This document shows positions 30,073 through 39,021 of a stretch of 64,000 nt of DNA, piece after piece. A model generated the notes under the pieces. It was not told the origin of the DNA, did no database searches, and saw only the letters and a program-made list of their open reading frames with translations. Where the stretch lies: positions 5,247-69,246 of the forward strand of contig JASBRX010000032.1 of NCBI GenBank assembly GCA_030149245.1, written 5' to 3'. The position numbers and the translations under genes are program-made. The number at the start of each line of letters is the position of its first letter. The first letter of the stretch is position 1. This DNA comes from Sphingomonas bacterium (GTDB lineage: Bacteria > Pseudomonadota > Alphaproteobacteria > Sphingomonadales > Sphingomonadaceae).

Positions 30073-31889
30073 CCGCAATCGCCTCCTTCGGGCCTGCCTT
30101 CCAGCGGCTCGGGCTTCGGCTTCTCCCGCCCGGCGGAAAAGCGCAGCTCGGGCTGGCCGATAATCGCTTCGCGCGCGGCGACCAGGCTGCCCGCCTCATG
30201 CTGGATCCGCAGCCGCTCGCGGTCGCGGCGGCGGTAGAGATCTTCAGTGCGTTCGATCTCCTCGATATCGACGCCGACCGCGACCATCGCCTTGCGCGCC
30301 ATGACGATGGCGGATTCGAGCACTTCGCGCACCACGCCCGCCGCCGGGGTGGCCTTGAGCTTGAGCAGCGCGCGGCGGTCATAGGCGCGCACGAAGATCG
30401 ATGCCTGGGGGAAGGATTCGTGGACCGCCTCGACCAGCTCGGGCTCGATCTTGTCGCCGTCGAGGCAGAACAGGATCAGCTGCGCCTCCCCCGCCCCGGC
30501 CTGGCGCAGCATGTCGATGCGGGTGCCGTCGCCATAATAGACCTTCGCCCCGAACTGGCCGGCGATGTCGATCATCTCGATGTCGGTGTCGATCAACGTC
30601 ACGCCAATGCCTTGCGCATTCAGCATCTGGCCGACCGTCTGGCCGAAGCGGCCATAGCCCACGATCAGCGCGTTCGATCCGTCCGACACCGGCCCTTCGC
30701 GCTCGCCCTGAGCCTCGACCGCATCGGTGCGGAAGCGCTGGGTGAACATCATCAGGAACGGGGTGGTGGCCATCGACAGGGTCACGACCGCGCTGAACAC
30801 GCTGACCGCTTCGGGGGCGATCAGCAGCGCGTTCTGTGCCTGCGCGAACAGCACGAAGCCGAACTCGCCGCCCTGGCTGAGCAACAGGCCAAGGCCCAGC
30901 GCCTGACGCCACGGCATGCGGAACGCCATGGCGAGGCCGGTGATGACGATGGTCTTGGTCGCGATCAGCGCGGCGGCCATGCCGAGGACGAACACCGGGC
31001 GCTCGGCAATGGCGGACAGGTCGAGCATCATACCGACCGAGAGGAAAAACAGGCCGAGCAGGATCGAGCGGAACGGTTCGATATCTGCTTCAAGCTCGTG
31101 CCGGTACGGGCTGTCGGCGAGCATCACGCCCGCGATGAATGCGCCGAGCGCGGTGGACAGCCCGATCGACTGCATCAGCGCGGCGCTGCCGACGACGGTG
31201 AACAGCCCGGCGAACACGAACAATTCGCGCTCGCCCCAATTGCCGATCAGCTTGAACAACGGGCGCAGCAGATAGCGGCCCGCCAGCACCAGCCCGGTGA
31301 TCGCGGCGACGGTGTAGATCGCGAGCAGCCAGCCCGGAGGGCCCTGCGCATCCGCCGGATTGCGGCTGAGGATCGCGATGATCGTGATCAGCGGGACGAT
31401 CGAGATGTCCTGGAACAGCAGCGTCGAGAAGGCGCGCTCGCCGAACGGGGTGCGCAGGCGCCCGGCGCTTTGCAGCATCGGGAGGACCTGCGCGGTCGAG
31501 GACAATGCGAGCGGGAGGCCGAGGGCGAGCGCGGCGGAGAGCGAGAAATTCGCGCCGAAGCCGATTACTGCGGTCAGCGCGACGCCGCACAGCACGACCT
31601 GAAGCAGGCCGAAGCCGAAAATGTCGCGCTTCATCCGCCACAGCCGCGACGGGCTGAGTTCGAGGCCGACGAGGAACAGCAGCAGGGCGATGCCGAATTC
31701 GGCGATGCCCATCTTGCTTTCCGCGCCACCGACCAGGCCCAGGACTTGCGGCCCGACCAGCGCGCCCGCGACGAGGTAACCCAGCGTCGCGCCCAGCCCC
31801 ATGCGGCGGAAGATCAGGACGAACAGCAACGCGAAGCCGAGCAGCGGGGCGCTTTCGGCGACGAAACTATGCGCGGCACCGTGATCCAT
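30069..31889 (-). CDS. KefB/KefC-type K+/H+ antiporter (CPA2 + TrkA-N)
   Basis: LSSTA, LLFQD, LLLSQGGEFGFV, GYGRFGQ, YYGDGTR. Confidence 0.92.
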   Translation of the reverse strand: MDHGAAHSFVAESAPLLGFALLFVLIFRRMGLGATLGYLVAGALVGPQVLGLVGGAESKMGIAEFGIALLLFLVGLELSPSRLWRMKRDIFGFGLLQVVLCGVALTAVIGFGANFSLSAALALGLPLALSSTAQVLPMLQSAGRLRTPFGERAFSTLLFQDISIVPLITIIAILSRNPADAQGPPGWLLAIYTVAAITGLVLAGRYLLRPLFKLIGNWGERELFVFAGLFTVVGSAALMQSIGLSTALGAFIAGVMLADSPYRHELEADIEPFRSILLGLFFLSVGMMLDLSAIAERPVFVLGMAAALIATKTIVITGLAMAFRMPWRQALGLGLLLSQGGEFGFVLFAQAQNALLIAPEAVSVFSAVVTLSMATTPFLMMFTQRFRTDAVEAQGEREGPVSDGSNALIVGYGRFGQTVGQMLNAQGIGVTLIDTDIEMIDIAGQFGAKVYYGDGTRIDMLRQAGAGEAQLILFCLDGDKIEPELVEAVHESFPQASIFVRAYDRRALLKLKATPAAGVVREVLESAIVMARKAMVAVGVDIEEIERTEDLYRRRDRERLRIQHEAGSLVAAREAIIGQPELRFSAGREKPKPEPLEGRPEGGDCG

Positions 31890-32323
31890 CAGGCGGCCTT
31901 TTCAGTGCTGGCGCGGGTCGCGGCCTCGGCCACCGCTTCGAACGCGAGGCGGATCGAGGGGTGGCGCGCGCTGTGCGGGAGTGCGGGGGTGAAGAGGTCG
32001 AGGCCGGGCCAGTCGGGCGTATCGCCCTCCCCCGCCAGCCAGCGGGTCAGCGCGGCGCGGGCTGCGTCGAGTTCCCCGGGGGTGCGACCGATTGCGTGCG
32101 CGCCCATCAGTGATGCCGCGGCCTGTCCCAGCGCGCAGGCACGGACCTGCATGCCAAGCGCGACGACGCGGCCATCCGGGCCGAGGTTGACATCGACGGT
32201 CACGCGGCTGCCGCAGACGGGCGAGCGTTTCTCGACACTCGCCATCGGGTTGGGCAAGCGCTCATGATGCGGGATGGTGGCGGCGAGCCGCAGGATTTCG
32301 GTGTTGTAGAGCGGAGCCGTCAT
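31889..32323 (-). CDS. NifU-N/IscU/SufU-like scaffold protein
   Basis: LYNTEILRLA, SPVCGS, ACALGQAAAS. Confidence 0.85.
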   Translation of the reverse strand: MTAPLYNTEILRLAATIPHHERLPNPMASVEKRSPVCGSRVTVDVNLGPDGRVVALGMQVRACALGQAAASLMGAHAIGRTPGELDAARAALTRWLAGEGDTPDWPGLDLFTPALPHSARHPSIRLAFEAVAEAATRASTEKAA

Positions 32324-32895
32324 GGCTCCGATGTAACCTGCTCCGACCCGTTCGCAAGCGCATCGGCGTCGGTTTCGTTGCCGAACACCGGTTCGCCGCG
32401 GCGGCGGCGGTCGACAAATTCGGCGATGCTGGCGCTCGTTGCGTTGAGCAAAGGATAGGTGCGGCCGGCGGTCATCCATTCGGGGCGCTGCGCCGGGCCG
32501 CCGCTGACGGTATCGACCGCGAGCGCAACGACGAGGAAGGCGAGGCTGGCGAGGATCAGCCCCTTGATCGCGCCGAAGCCAAGGCCGAACGCGCGATCCA
32601 CCGGGCCGAGAAAACCCGAGCGGGTGCGCGAGCCGATCGCGTTGGCGACCACGCGCCCGCCGAAATAGGCGATGCCGCCGAGCAGCGCGAAGGCGAGCAC
32701 CGCCGCCCCCTGCACCGTCCCGACCGGCTCGGCCAGCGCGGCGGCGACGGGGGTGTGGAGGAACCGGATCGCGGCGACGACGAGCAGCCACGCCATCAGC
32801 GACAGCACTTCGGTGACGAAGCCGCGCATCGCGCCGGTGATCGCCGCCGCGCCCACGCCCAGCAGCACCAAGATGTCGATTGCCGTCAGTCCCAT
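32320..32895 (-). CDS. cvpA: CvpA family membrane protein
   Basis: DILVL...GAMRGFVTEVLSL...DRAFGLGFGAIKG. Confidence 0.9.
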   Translation of the reverse strand: MGLTAIDILVLLGVGAAAITGAMRGFVTEVLSLMAWLLVVAAIRFLHTPVAAALAEPVGTVQGAAVLAFALLGGIAYFGGRVVANAIGSRTRSGFLGPVDRAFGLGFGAIKGLILASLAFLVVALAVDTVSGGPAQRPEWMTAGRTYPLLNATSASIAEFVDRRRRGEPVFGNETDADALANGSEQVTSEP

Positions 32896-32997
32896 CGCGC
32901 GCCTCCCCGCCCTGCCCGCCTCATAGCCGCGACGCGCGGCTTGTCGAAGCCCCGATTTGTGCGCATGGCCGCTTCGCACTGCCATCGGGAGCCCCGC

Positions 32998-33879
32998 ATG
33001 ACTGCCCATCACCCGCTCCGTGGCGCTTCGCTCTTCATGTTCGGGCTGTTGCTGTTCGCGTGCCTCGACGTCACCGTCAAATATCTGGCGGCGCGGTACG
33101 ACGTGCCGATGATCGTCGCGATCCGCTATGCGGGCAATCTGGTGCTGATGACCGCGCTGCTTGCGCCGCGCCGTGGTCCCGAGATGCTACGCACGCAGCG
33201 CACCGGATGGGTGATCGCCCGCGGGCTGGCGCTATCGATCGGGTCGTTGTCGATCGGACTCGCGCTGCAGCGGATGCCGGTGGCGGAGACCAGCGCGATC
33301 CTGTTCTTCGCGCCGGTGGTCGTGATCCTCGCCGCCGGGCCGCTGCTTGGTGAGAAGGTCGGCATGGCGGGCATCGGCGCGGCGGCGCTGGGGTTTGTCG
33401 GCGTGCTGTTCATCGTCCGGCCCGGCGGCGGGCTCGATCCGGTCGGGGTGATGCTCGCCGGGGTCGGGATGGTGACGACGAGCATCTACCAGCTGCTGTC
33501 GCGCAGCCTGGCGCGGACCGAGAGCACGATCGCGATGCTGTTTTATACCACGCTGACCGGGACGCTGATCTTTGGCGCGATGGCACCGTGGTTCATCCCG
33601 GACCGGATGCCCGGCGGGTTCGACCTGCTGCTGTTGCTCAGCCTGGGCGTCTATGGCGGGCTGGGCCATTTCCTGTTCACCGCGGCCTATCGCGACACGC
33701 CGGCGTCGGTGCTGGCGTCGCTCAACTATCTGCAACTGCTGTTCGTCGCGCTGCTCGGCTGGCTGATCTTCGCGCATATCCCGGATCGCTGGAGCTTGAC
33801 CGGCATGGCGATCATCGCCGCGTCGGGAGTGCTCGCAGCGTTGCGCGCGCGGCGTCCGCCGGTGAAGCGGAGCGTGTGA
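32998..33879 (+). CDS. DMT/EamA transporter
   Basis: Ten hydrophobic segments, LLGEKVG, IVRPG. Confidence 0.9.
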   Translation: MTAHHPLRGASLFMFGLLLFACLDVTVKYLAARYDVPMIVAIRYAGNLVLMTALLAPRRGPEMLRTQRTGWVIARGLALSIGSLSIGLALQRMPVAETSAILFFAPVVVILAAGPLLGEKVGMAGIGAAALGFVGVLFIVRPGGGLDPVGVMLAGVGMVTTSIYQLLSRSLARTESTIAMLFYTTLTGTLIFGAMAPWFIPDRMPGGFDLLLLLSLGVYGGLGHFLFTAAYRDTPASVLASLNYLQLLFVALLGWLIFAHIPDRWSLTGMAIIAASGVLAALRARRPPVKRSV

Positions 33880-33928
33880 CGGGCAGATCGACTTTGGATA
33901 ATGGTGCGGCGCACCCTATCTGAGGCAC

Positions 33929-34339
33929 ATGACCCTGCTTCGCCGTTTTTTCGTGGTCGCCTTCTGGGCTGCGTTGATCTTTGCCTTTGTGATGGCCGTG
34001 CTCCCCAAGCCGCCCGCTTTGCCGGGGGAGCCGGGAGACAAGGTGCAGCATATCATCGCCTTTGTCGTGCTGACCGGGCTGGCGCGGCTGGCCTATCCGC
34101 GTGCGCGGGCGCTGATCTTGCTGCTGGCCTTTGCGCTGTTCGGGGCGCTGATCGAGCTGACCCAGATGCTGCCCGCGCTGGGGCGGACGGCGGCGCTGGA
34201 CGATTGGCTGGCCGATGCCGTGGCGACGATCGTCGTGCTGGCGGTGCTCGATCCCGCGCGGCACTTGCTCGCGCGGCGGAAGCGCTCAGCGCCCGAGCAT
34301 ATGGTCGACAAAGCCGGCGAGGTTGCGGAAGCCGGTTAG
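33929..34339 (+). CDS. VanZ-like membrane protein
   Basis: DKVQHIIAF, GALIELTQ, GRTAALDDWLAD. Confidence 0.8.
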   Translation: MTLLRRFFVVAFWAALIFAFVMAVLPKPPALPGEPGDKVQHIIAFVVLTGLARLAYPRARALILLLAFALFGALIELTQMLPALGRTAALDDWLADAVATIVVLAVLDPARHLLARRKRSAPEHMVDKAGEVAEAG

Positions 34340-35653
34340 CGCGACGCTACCCTCCTTTGGCTGGGCCGAGGGGACGAGCGCGCGGGTGAAGCCGAGCTTG
34401 CCTGCTTCCTTGAGCCGCAGCGCGCCGTGGGCGACCGGGCGCACTTCGCCGGACAGGGCGATTTCGCCGAACGCGACCATATCGGTCGCGACCGGGCGCT
34501 CCGACAGCGCCGAGATCAGCGCCGCCGCCACCGCCATGTCCGCCGCCGGGTCCTGCACGCGATAGCCGCCGGCGATGTTGAGATAGACTTCGCTGGTCGC
34601 GAAGCTGAGGCCGCAGCGTGCCTCCAGCACCGCGAGGATCATCGCCAAGCGCCCGCTGTCCCAGCCAACGACCGCACGGCGCGGGGTCGCGCCGGATGCA
34701 AGTCGGACGACCAGCGCCTGAATTTCGACCAGAACCGGGCGGGTGCCCTCCAGCGCGGGAAAAACCACCGTGCCGCTGACGCTCTCGTCGCGGCTGGTGA
34801 GAAACAGCGAGGACGGGTTGCCAACCTCCGTCAGCCCCTCGCTCTGCATTGCGAACACGCCAATCTCGTCGGTGCCGCCGAACCGGTTCTTGACCGCGCG
34901 CAGGATGCGATACTGGTGGCTGCGCTCGCCTTCGAATGCGAGCACAGTGTCGACCATATGTTCGAGCACGCGCGGGCCGGCGAGGCTGCCGTCCTTGGTG
35001 ACATGGCCGACCAGCACCAGCGCGGTGCCGCGTTCCTTGGCGAAGCGGATCAGCTCCTGCGACGATGCGCGCACCTGGCTGACCGTGCCGGGCGCGCCCT
35101 CGATCAGGTCGCTGTGCATCGTCTGGATCGAATCGATGATGAGCAGATCGGGCGGGGTCGCGCCGCCGAGCGTGGTCAATATGTCGCGCACGCTGGTTGC
35201 CGAGGCGAGCTGGACCGGCGCGTTGCCGAGGCCGAGGCGGCGGGCGCGCAGCCGCACCTGATCCGCCGCTTCTTCGCCCGAGACATAGGCCACGCTCTTG
35301 CCCGCAAGCGCCATCTTGGCCGCGGCCTGCAGCAGCAGGGTCGATTTGCCGATGCCGGGATCGCCGCCGATCAGCGTCGCCGACGCCTCGACAAAGCCGC
35401 CGCCCAGCGCGCGGTCGAGCTCGGCGATGCCGGTGCCCATCCGCGCGGGCAGCGGGACATCGGCGTCGAGCCCGGACAGCAGGATCATCCGCCCGCCACC
35501 CTGGAGGTTATGCTTGGCCTGAAACGGCGTGACGACCGCGCCGGCATCCTCGACCAGCGTGTTCCACTCGCCGCAATCGGCGCATTGCCCCGCCCATTGC
35601 GCGGTCAAGGAGCCGCATGCCTGACAGACATAGCGTTTCTTGGGTTTGGCCAT
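34286..35653 (-). CDS. radA: DNA repair protein RadA/Sms
   Basis: C4 zinc finger, GDPGIGKSTL, KNRFG. Confidence 0.97.
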   Translation of the reverse strand: MAKPKKRYVCQACGSLTAQWAGQCADCGEWNTLVEDAGAVVTPFQAKHNLQGGGRMILLSGLDADVPLPARMGTGIAELDRALGGGFVEASATLIGGDPGIGKSTLLLQAAAKMALAGKSVAYVSGEEAADQVRLRARRLGLGNAPVQLASATSVRDILTTLGGATPPDLLIIDSIQTMHSDLIEGAPGTVSQVRASSQELIRFAKERGTALVLVGHVTKDGSLAGPRVLEHMVDTVLAFEGERSHQYRILRAVKNRFGGTDEIGVFAMQSEGLTEVGNPSSLFLTSRDESVSGTVVFPALEGTRPVLVEIQALVVRLASGATPRRAVVGWDSGRLAMILAVLEARCGLSFATSEVYLNIAGGYRVQDPAADMAVAAALISALSERPVATDMVAFGEIALSGEVRPVAHGALRLKEAGKLGFTRALVPSAQPKEGSVALTGFRNLAGFVDHMLGR

Positions 35654-35674
35654 GTGAAGTGCATAGCGGGAGCG

Positions 35675-35689
35675 GAACGATAAGGGAAC
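35675..35689. promoter_or_regulatory. Alphaproteobacterial LexA (SOS) box
   Basis: GAAC-GATAAGG-GAAC, i.e. GTTC-N7-GTTC on the radA strand, about 22 bp upstream of the start. Confidence 0.75.
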
Positions 35690-35720
35690 AAAAATCCTGA
35701 TCGCGCTGCTCAGGGAGATA

Positions 35721-35920
35721 TCCCCTCTCCCCTTGATAGGGGAGAGGATAGCGTAGCTTGGCAGCTTGCTGCCTAGCGCAGCTTGGAGAGGGGTAGAGCG
35801 GAGCTTTGCTCCGCGCGGCTACTGCGTAGCCGCCCACCCCTCTCCCAGCTCCGACTAAGGCCTCGCTGCGCGAGACCAAGTCTGCGCATCCCTCTCCCCT
35901 CCTGCGGAGGGGCGAGGGGA
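35721..35920. repeat. Elaborated CCCTCTCCC-family element with six hairpins
   Basis: Terminal hairpins like 7752-7853 plus extra internal stem-loops. Confidence 0.8.
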
Positions 35921-35928
35921 AACACGGC

Positions 35929-36624
35929 TCACCCCTTCGCCGTGACCATCAGCCCGCGCTGAACCGCCGGGCGCGCAAGGCCGCGCTCGAGCCATGCCGC
36001 GACATTGGTGAAGTCGTCGAACCCGACCAGATCGCGCGCTTCGTAAAAGCCGATCAGGTTGCGGACCCAGCCGAGCGAGGCGATGTCGGCGATCGAGTAG
36101 TCGCCCATGATCCAGTCGCGTCCTGCAAGCTGCCCATCGAGCACGCCGAGCAGGCGTTTGGATTCGGTGACGTAGCGGTCGAGCGGGCGCTTGTCCTCGA
36201 TCTCGCGGCCGGCAAATTTGTAAAAATAACCGAGCTGGCCGAACATCGGGCCGAGCCCGCCCATCTGCCACATCACCCAGCCGATCGTCTCGTAACGCTG
36301 GGCCGGGTCGAGGAAATTGCCGGTCTTGTCGGCGAGGTAGAGCAGGATCGCGCCGCTTTCGAACAAGGCGAGTGGGCGGCCGTTCGGGCCGTCGGGGTCG
36401 AGGATTGCGGGGATCTTGCCATTGGGATTGAGGCTGAGGAATTCGGGCCTCTTCTGGTCGTCCGCGCCGATGTCGATCAGATGCGCCTCATAGGGCAGCC
36501 CGGTTTCCTCGAGCATGATCCCCGCCTTCACGCCATTGGGCGTGTTGAGCGAATAGAGCTGGATGCGGTCGGGGTGCTGGGCAGGCCAGCGGGTGGTGAT
36601 CGGAAAGGCGGACAGATCGGCCAT
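35929..36624 (-). CDS. Glutathione S-transferase (YfcG/YghU-like)
   Basis: TPNGVK, NPNGKIPAI, FESGAILLYLA, YSIADIA. Confidence 0.92.
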   Translation of the reverse strand: MADLSAFPITTRWPAQHPDRIQLYSLNTPNGVKAGIMLEETGLPYEAHLIDIGADDQKRPEFLSLNPNGKIPAILDPDGPNGRPLALFESGAILLYLADKTGNFLDPAQRYETIGWVMWQMGGLGPMFGQLGYFYKFAGREIEDKRPLDRYVTESKRLLGVLDGQLAGRDWIMGDYSIADIASLGWVRNLIGFYEARDLVGFDDFTNVAAWLERGLARPAVQRGLMVTAKG

Positions 36625-36673
36625 CTGGGAAATCTCCTTTTCGGCGACATAGTAACGCCGTAATCGGATCGCT

Positions 36674-37831
36674 ATGGGCGCGCCGATGACTCCGACCGAT
36701 CTTCGCGTGGCGCTGTTCAGCGGCAACTATAATTATGTGCGTGACGGCGCGAACCAGGCGCTGAACAAGCTCGTGCGCCATCTGCTCGATGCGGGCGTGC
36801 AGGTGCGTGTCTATTCGCCGACGGTGGCGAAGCCGGCGTTCGAGCCGGAGGGCGATCTGATCAGCGTACCGGCCTTTGCCATGCCCGGCGGACGCGGTGA
36901 GTATAAGGTCGCGCTGGGCCTGCCGCGTGCGCCGCGCGAGGATCTGGAGGCGTTTGCACCGAACCTCGTCCATGTCTCCGCACCCGAATTTCTGGGGCAT
37001 GCCGCAGTCGCCTGGGCGCGCAAGCAGGGCATCCCGGTGGTCGCGTCGCTGCACACGCGGTTCGAAACCTATCCGCGCTATTATGGGCTGGGCTTTGTCG
37101 AGCCATGGCTGATCCGGCGGCTGAAGCGCTTTTACAACCGGGTCGATCGCGTGATGGTGCCGGGCCAGTCGATTGCCGATCTGATCCAGAGCTGGGGCGT
37201 GACCACGCCGGTGGGCATCTGGTCGCGTGGGGTGGATCATGCGCGGTTCAATCCGCAGCGGCGCGACCTCGCGTGGCGGCGGGAGTTGGGGATCGCCGAC
37301 GATGTGCCGGCGATCGGGTTTCTCGGGCGGCTGGTGCTCGAAAAGGGGCTCGACATCTTTGCCGAAGTGGCGCGCGAGCTGACCCGGCGCGGGGTACCGC
37401 ACAAGGTGCTGGTGGTCGGCGAAGGCCCGGCGCGGGAATGGTTCGCGGGACAGGTGCCCGAGGCGATCTTTACCGGATTTCAGTCGGGCGACGCGCTGGG
37501 CCGCGCGGTCGCGTCGATGGATGTGTTCTTCAACCCGTCGATCACCGAAACCTTCGGCAATGTGACATCCGAAGCGATGGCGTGCGGCGTGCCGGTGGTC
37601 GCGGCGCGCGCGACCGGGGCGATGGACCTGGTGGTCGAGGGCGAGACCGGCTTCCTGGTCCCGCCGCGCGATGTTGCCGCCTATGCGGATGCGATCGAGC
37701 GGCTGGCGCGGGATGCCGCCATGCGCGCGCGGTTCGGCTCGCTGGGGCATCAGCGGATGCAGGCGCAGGTGTGGCCGCAGGTCAATCAGGCGGTGCTGGA
37801 TGCGTATCTGGAGGTGATGGCGGGGCGGTGA
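36674..37831 (+). CDS. Glycosyltransferase, GT4 type
   Basis: ALFSGNYNYVRDG, GRLVLEKG, ETFGNVTSEAMACG; alternative start 36686. Confidence 0.92.
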   Translation: MGAPMTPTDLRVALFSGNYNYVRDGANQALNKLVRHLLDAGVQVRVYSPTVAKPAFEPEGDLISVPAFAMPGGRGEYKVALGLPRAPREDLEAFAPNLVHVSAPEFLGHAAVAWARKQGIPVVASLHTRFETYPRYYGLGFVEPWLIRRLKRFYNRVDRVMVPGQSIADLIQSWGVTTPVGIWSRGVDHARFNPQRRDLAWRRELGIADDVPAIGFLGRLVLEKGLDIFAEVARELTRRGVPHKVLVVGEGPAREWFAGQVPEAIFTGFQSGDALGRAVASMDVFFNPSITETFGNVTSEAMACGVPVVAARATGAMDLVVEGETGFLVPPRDVAAYADAIERLARDAAMRARFGSLGHQRMQAQVWPQVNQAVLDAYLEVMAGR

Positions 37832-37833
37832 TC

Positions 37834-38004
37834 ATTCCTCCCCTGCCCTGCAGGGGAGGTGGCATCGCGCAGCGATGACGGAGGGGCCGCCGTCGTCGGA
37901 CGAGGGAATTTTGCCGAGCTGTTCACGGCCGTCTACGCGGCCGCCCCTCCACCACTCGCTTCGCGAGCGGTCCCCCTCCCCTGAGACAAGCTCAGGGGAG
38001 GAAT
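37834..38004. repeat. CCTCCCC/GGGGAGG element, MITE-like
   Basis: ATTCCTCCCC...GGGGAGGAAT; flanked by TGATCA on both sides; spacer shared with the 46676 copy. Confidence 0.85.
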
Positions 38005-38007
38005 TGA

Positions 38008-38322
38008 TCACTCCCACTCATACTTCAGCCCGTCCTCGCGGAAGGCAAACCGGTCGAGATGCCGCTCGATCGCGCCCTTGAGCCCTTCGGCCTGTTCGGG
38101 CGCGCTGGCGTCGATGCGGATCGCGATACCGTCAGGCTTGGCGTCGAGCGTGACCAGCCCGTCGCCGGGCCAGTCCGCGCCGCGCGCATCCCTGGGAAAC
38201 ACGATCGTGCCGTGGTCGGCGGTGTAGTCGACCTTGAGGTTGTGCTCCCAATGCTTGCACAGCTGTTGCAGATAGCGCGACGCCTTGTCCGTCGCGGCAA
38301 AGCCGGTTGCGGTTGCGGTCAT
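38008..38322 (-). CDS. DUF2218 family protein
   Basis: ASRYLQQLCKHW...HLDRFAFRE. Confidence 0.88.
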   Translation of the reverse strand: MTATATGFAATDKASRYLQQLCKHWEHNLKVDYTADHGTIVFPRDARGADWPGDGLVTLDAKPDGIAIRIDASAPEQAEGLKGAIERHLDRFAFREDGLKYEWE

Positions 38323-38918
38323 CACAGGCGCTCCACCTTGCGCGCGGCGGCGTCGATGATGTCAACGATCGCGTCGACCGTCTCCTGATCGGCCTCACCG
38401 TCGCTCAGACGCTGCATCACCGCCATTTTGAGGTTGCCCATGGCGCGGCGGACCGGGCTGCGCCCGCTCTGTTCGCGCTGCGTGCCGAGTTCGGCGAGGC
38501 GGCCCATCAGCTGCGTCACCTGCTCGGCATTCTCGTCGAGATGCGCCTGACCCGTGACGGTGATCGCGTAGAGCTTCTTCGCGCCCTCCGCCGCCTGTTC
38601 GGCGATATGGTCCATGTCGGCCAGCAAGGTGAGCGTCGGATAGACCACGCCCGGGCTGGGGGCGTAGGCGCCGCCGGTGCGCTCTTCGATCTCGCGGATC
38701 AGGTCGTAACCGTGGCGCGGCTGATCGGCGATCAGGGCGAGCAGGACGAGGCGCAGTTCGTCACCGGTGAACACGCGGCGTCGCCCGCGACCACCGCCGC
38801 GACCGCCGGTCGCTTCGGCATTGATGTCCCATTCGACCGTGAACGGTCCCCATTGGCGGCGACCGCGGCTGGCATGCATGCCGTGCGGCCCGTGGCCGCG
38901 ATGATGTCCTCGAAACAT
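38322..38918 (-). CDS. PadR family regulator with His/Arg-rich N-terminus (YqjI-like)
   Basis: PRHGYDLIREIEERTGGAYAPSPGVVYPTL. Confidence 0.9.
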   Translation of the reverse strand: MFRGHHRGHGPHGMHASRGRRQWGPFTVEWDINAEATGGRGGGRGRRRVFTGDELRLVLLALIADQPRHGYDLIREIEERTGGAYAPSPGVVYPTLTLLADMDHIAEQAAEGAKKLYAITVTGQAHLDENAEQVTQLMGRLAELGTQREQSGRSPVRRAMGNLKMAVMQRLSDGEADQETVDAIVDIIDAAARKVERL

Positions 38919-38952
38919 TTCATATCCTTCGAATTCGAGTCGTGATGCTGCT

Positions 38953-38964
38953 AAGATATATCTT
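38953..38964. promoter_or_regulatory. Putative PadR operator
   Basis: Perfect AT-rich palindrome AAGATATATCTT upstream of the PadR gene. Confidence 0.65.
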
Positions 38965-39021
38965 GAATGCATTTTGACAAGCCCCTTCGCGTTGCGGTGC
39001 TGAAATCCTATATCGGCGGTC

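Noticed and set aside
1626-32267. Very long antisense ORFs (1626-2993, 4848-7115, 22097-23500, 26057-28192, 29958-32267)
   Set aside because: They mirror well-supported genes on the opposite strand, have no motifs, and are expected shadows of high-GC codon bias
37905-37917. GGAATTTTGCCG in the repeat spacer resembling the ftr-like flagellar box (also near 46744)
   Set aside because: It lies inside a repeat between convergent gene ends, far from any promoter; probably coincidental
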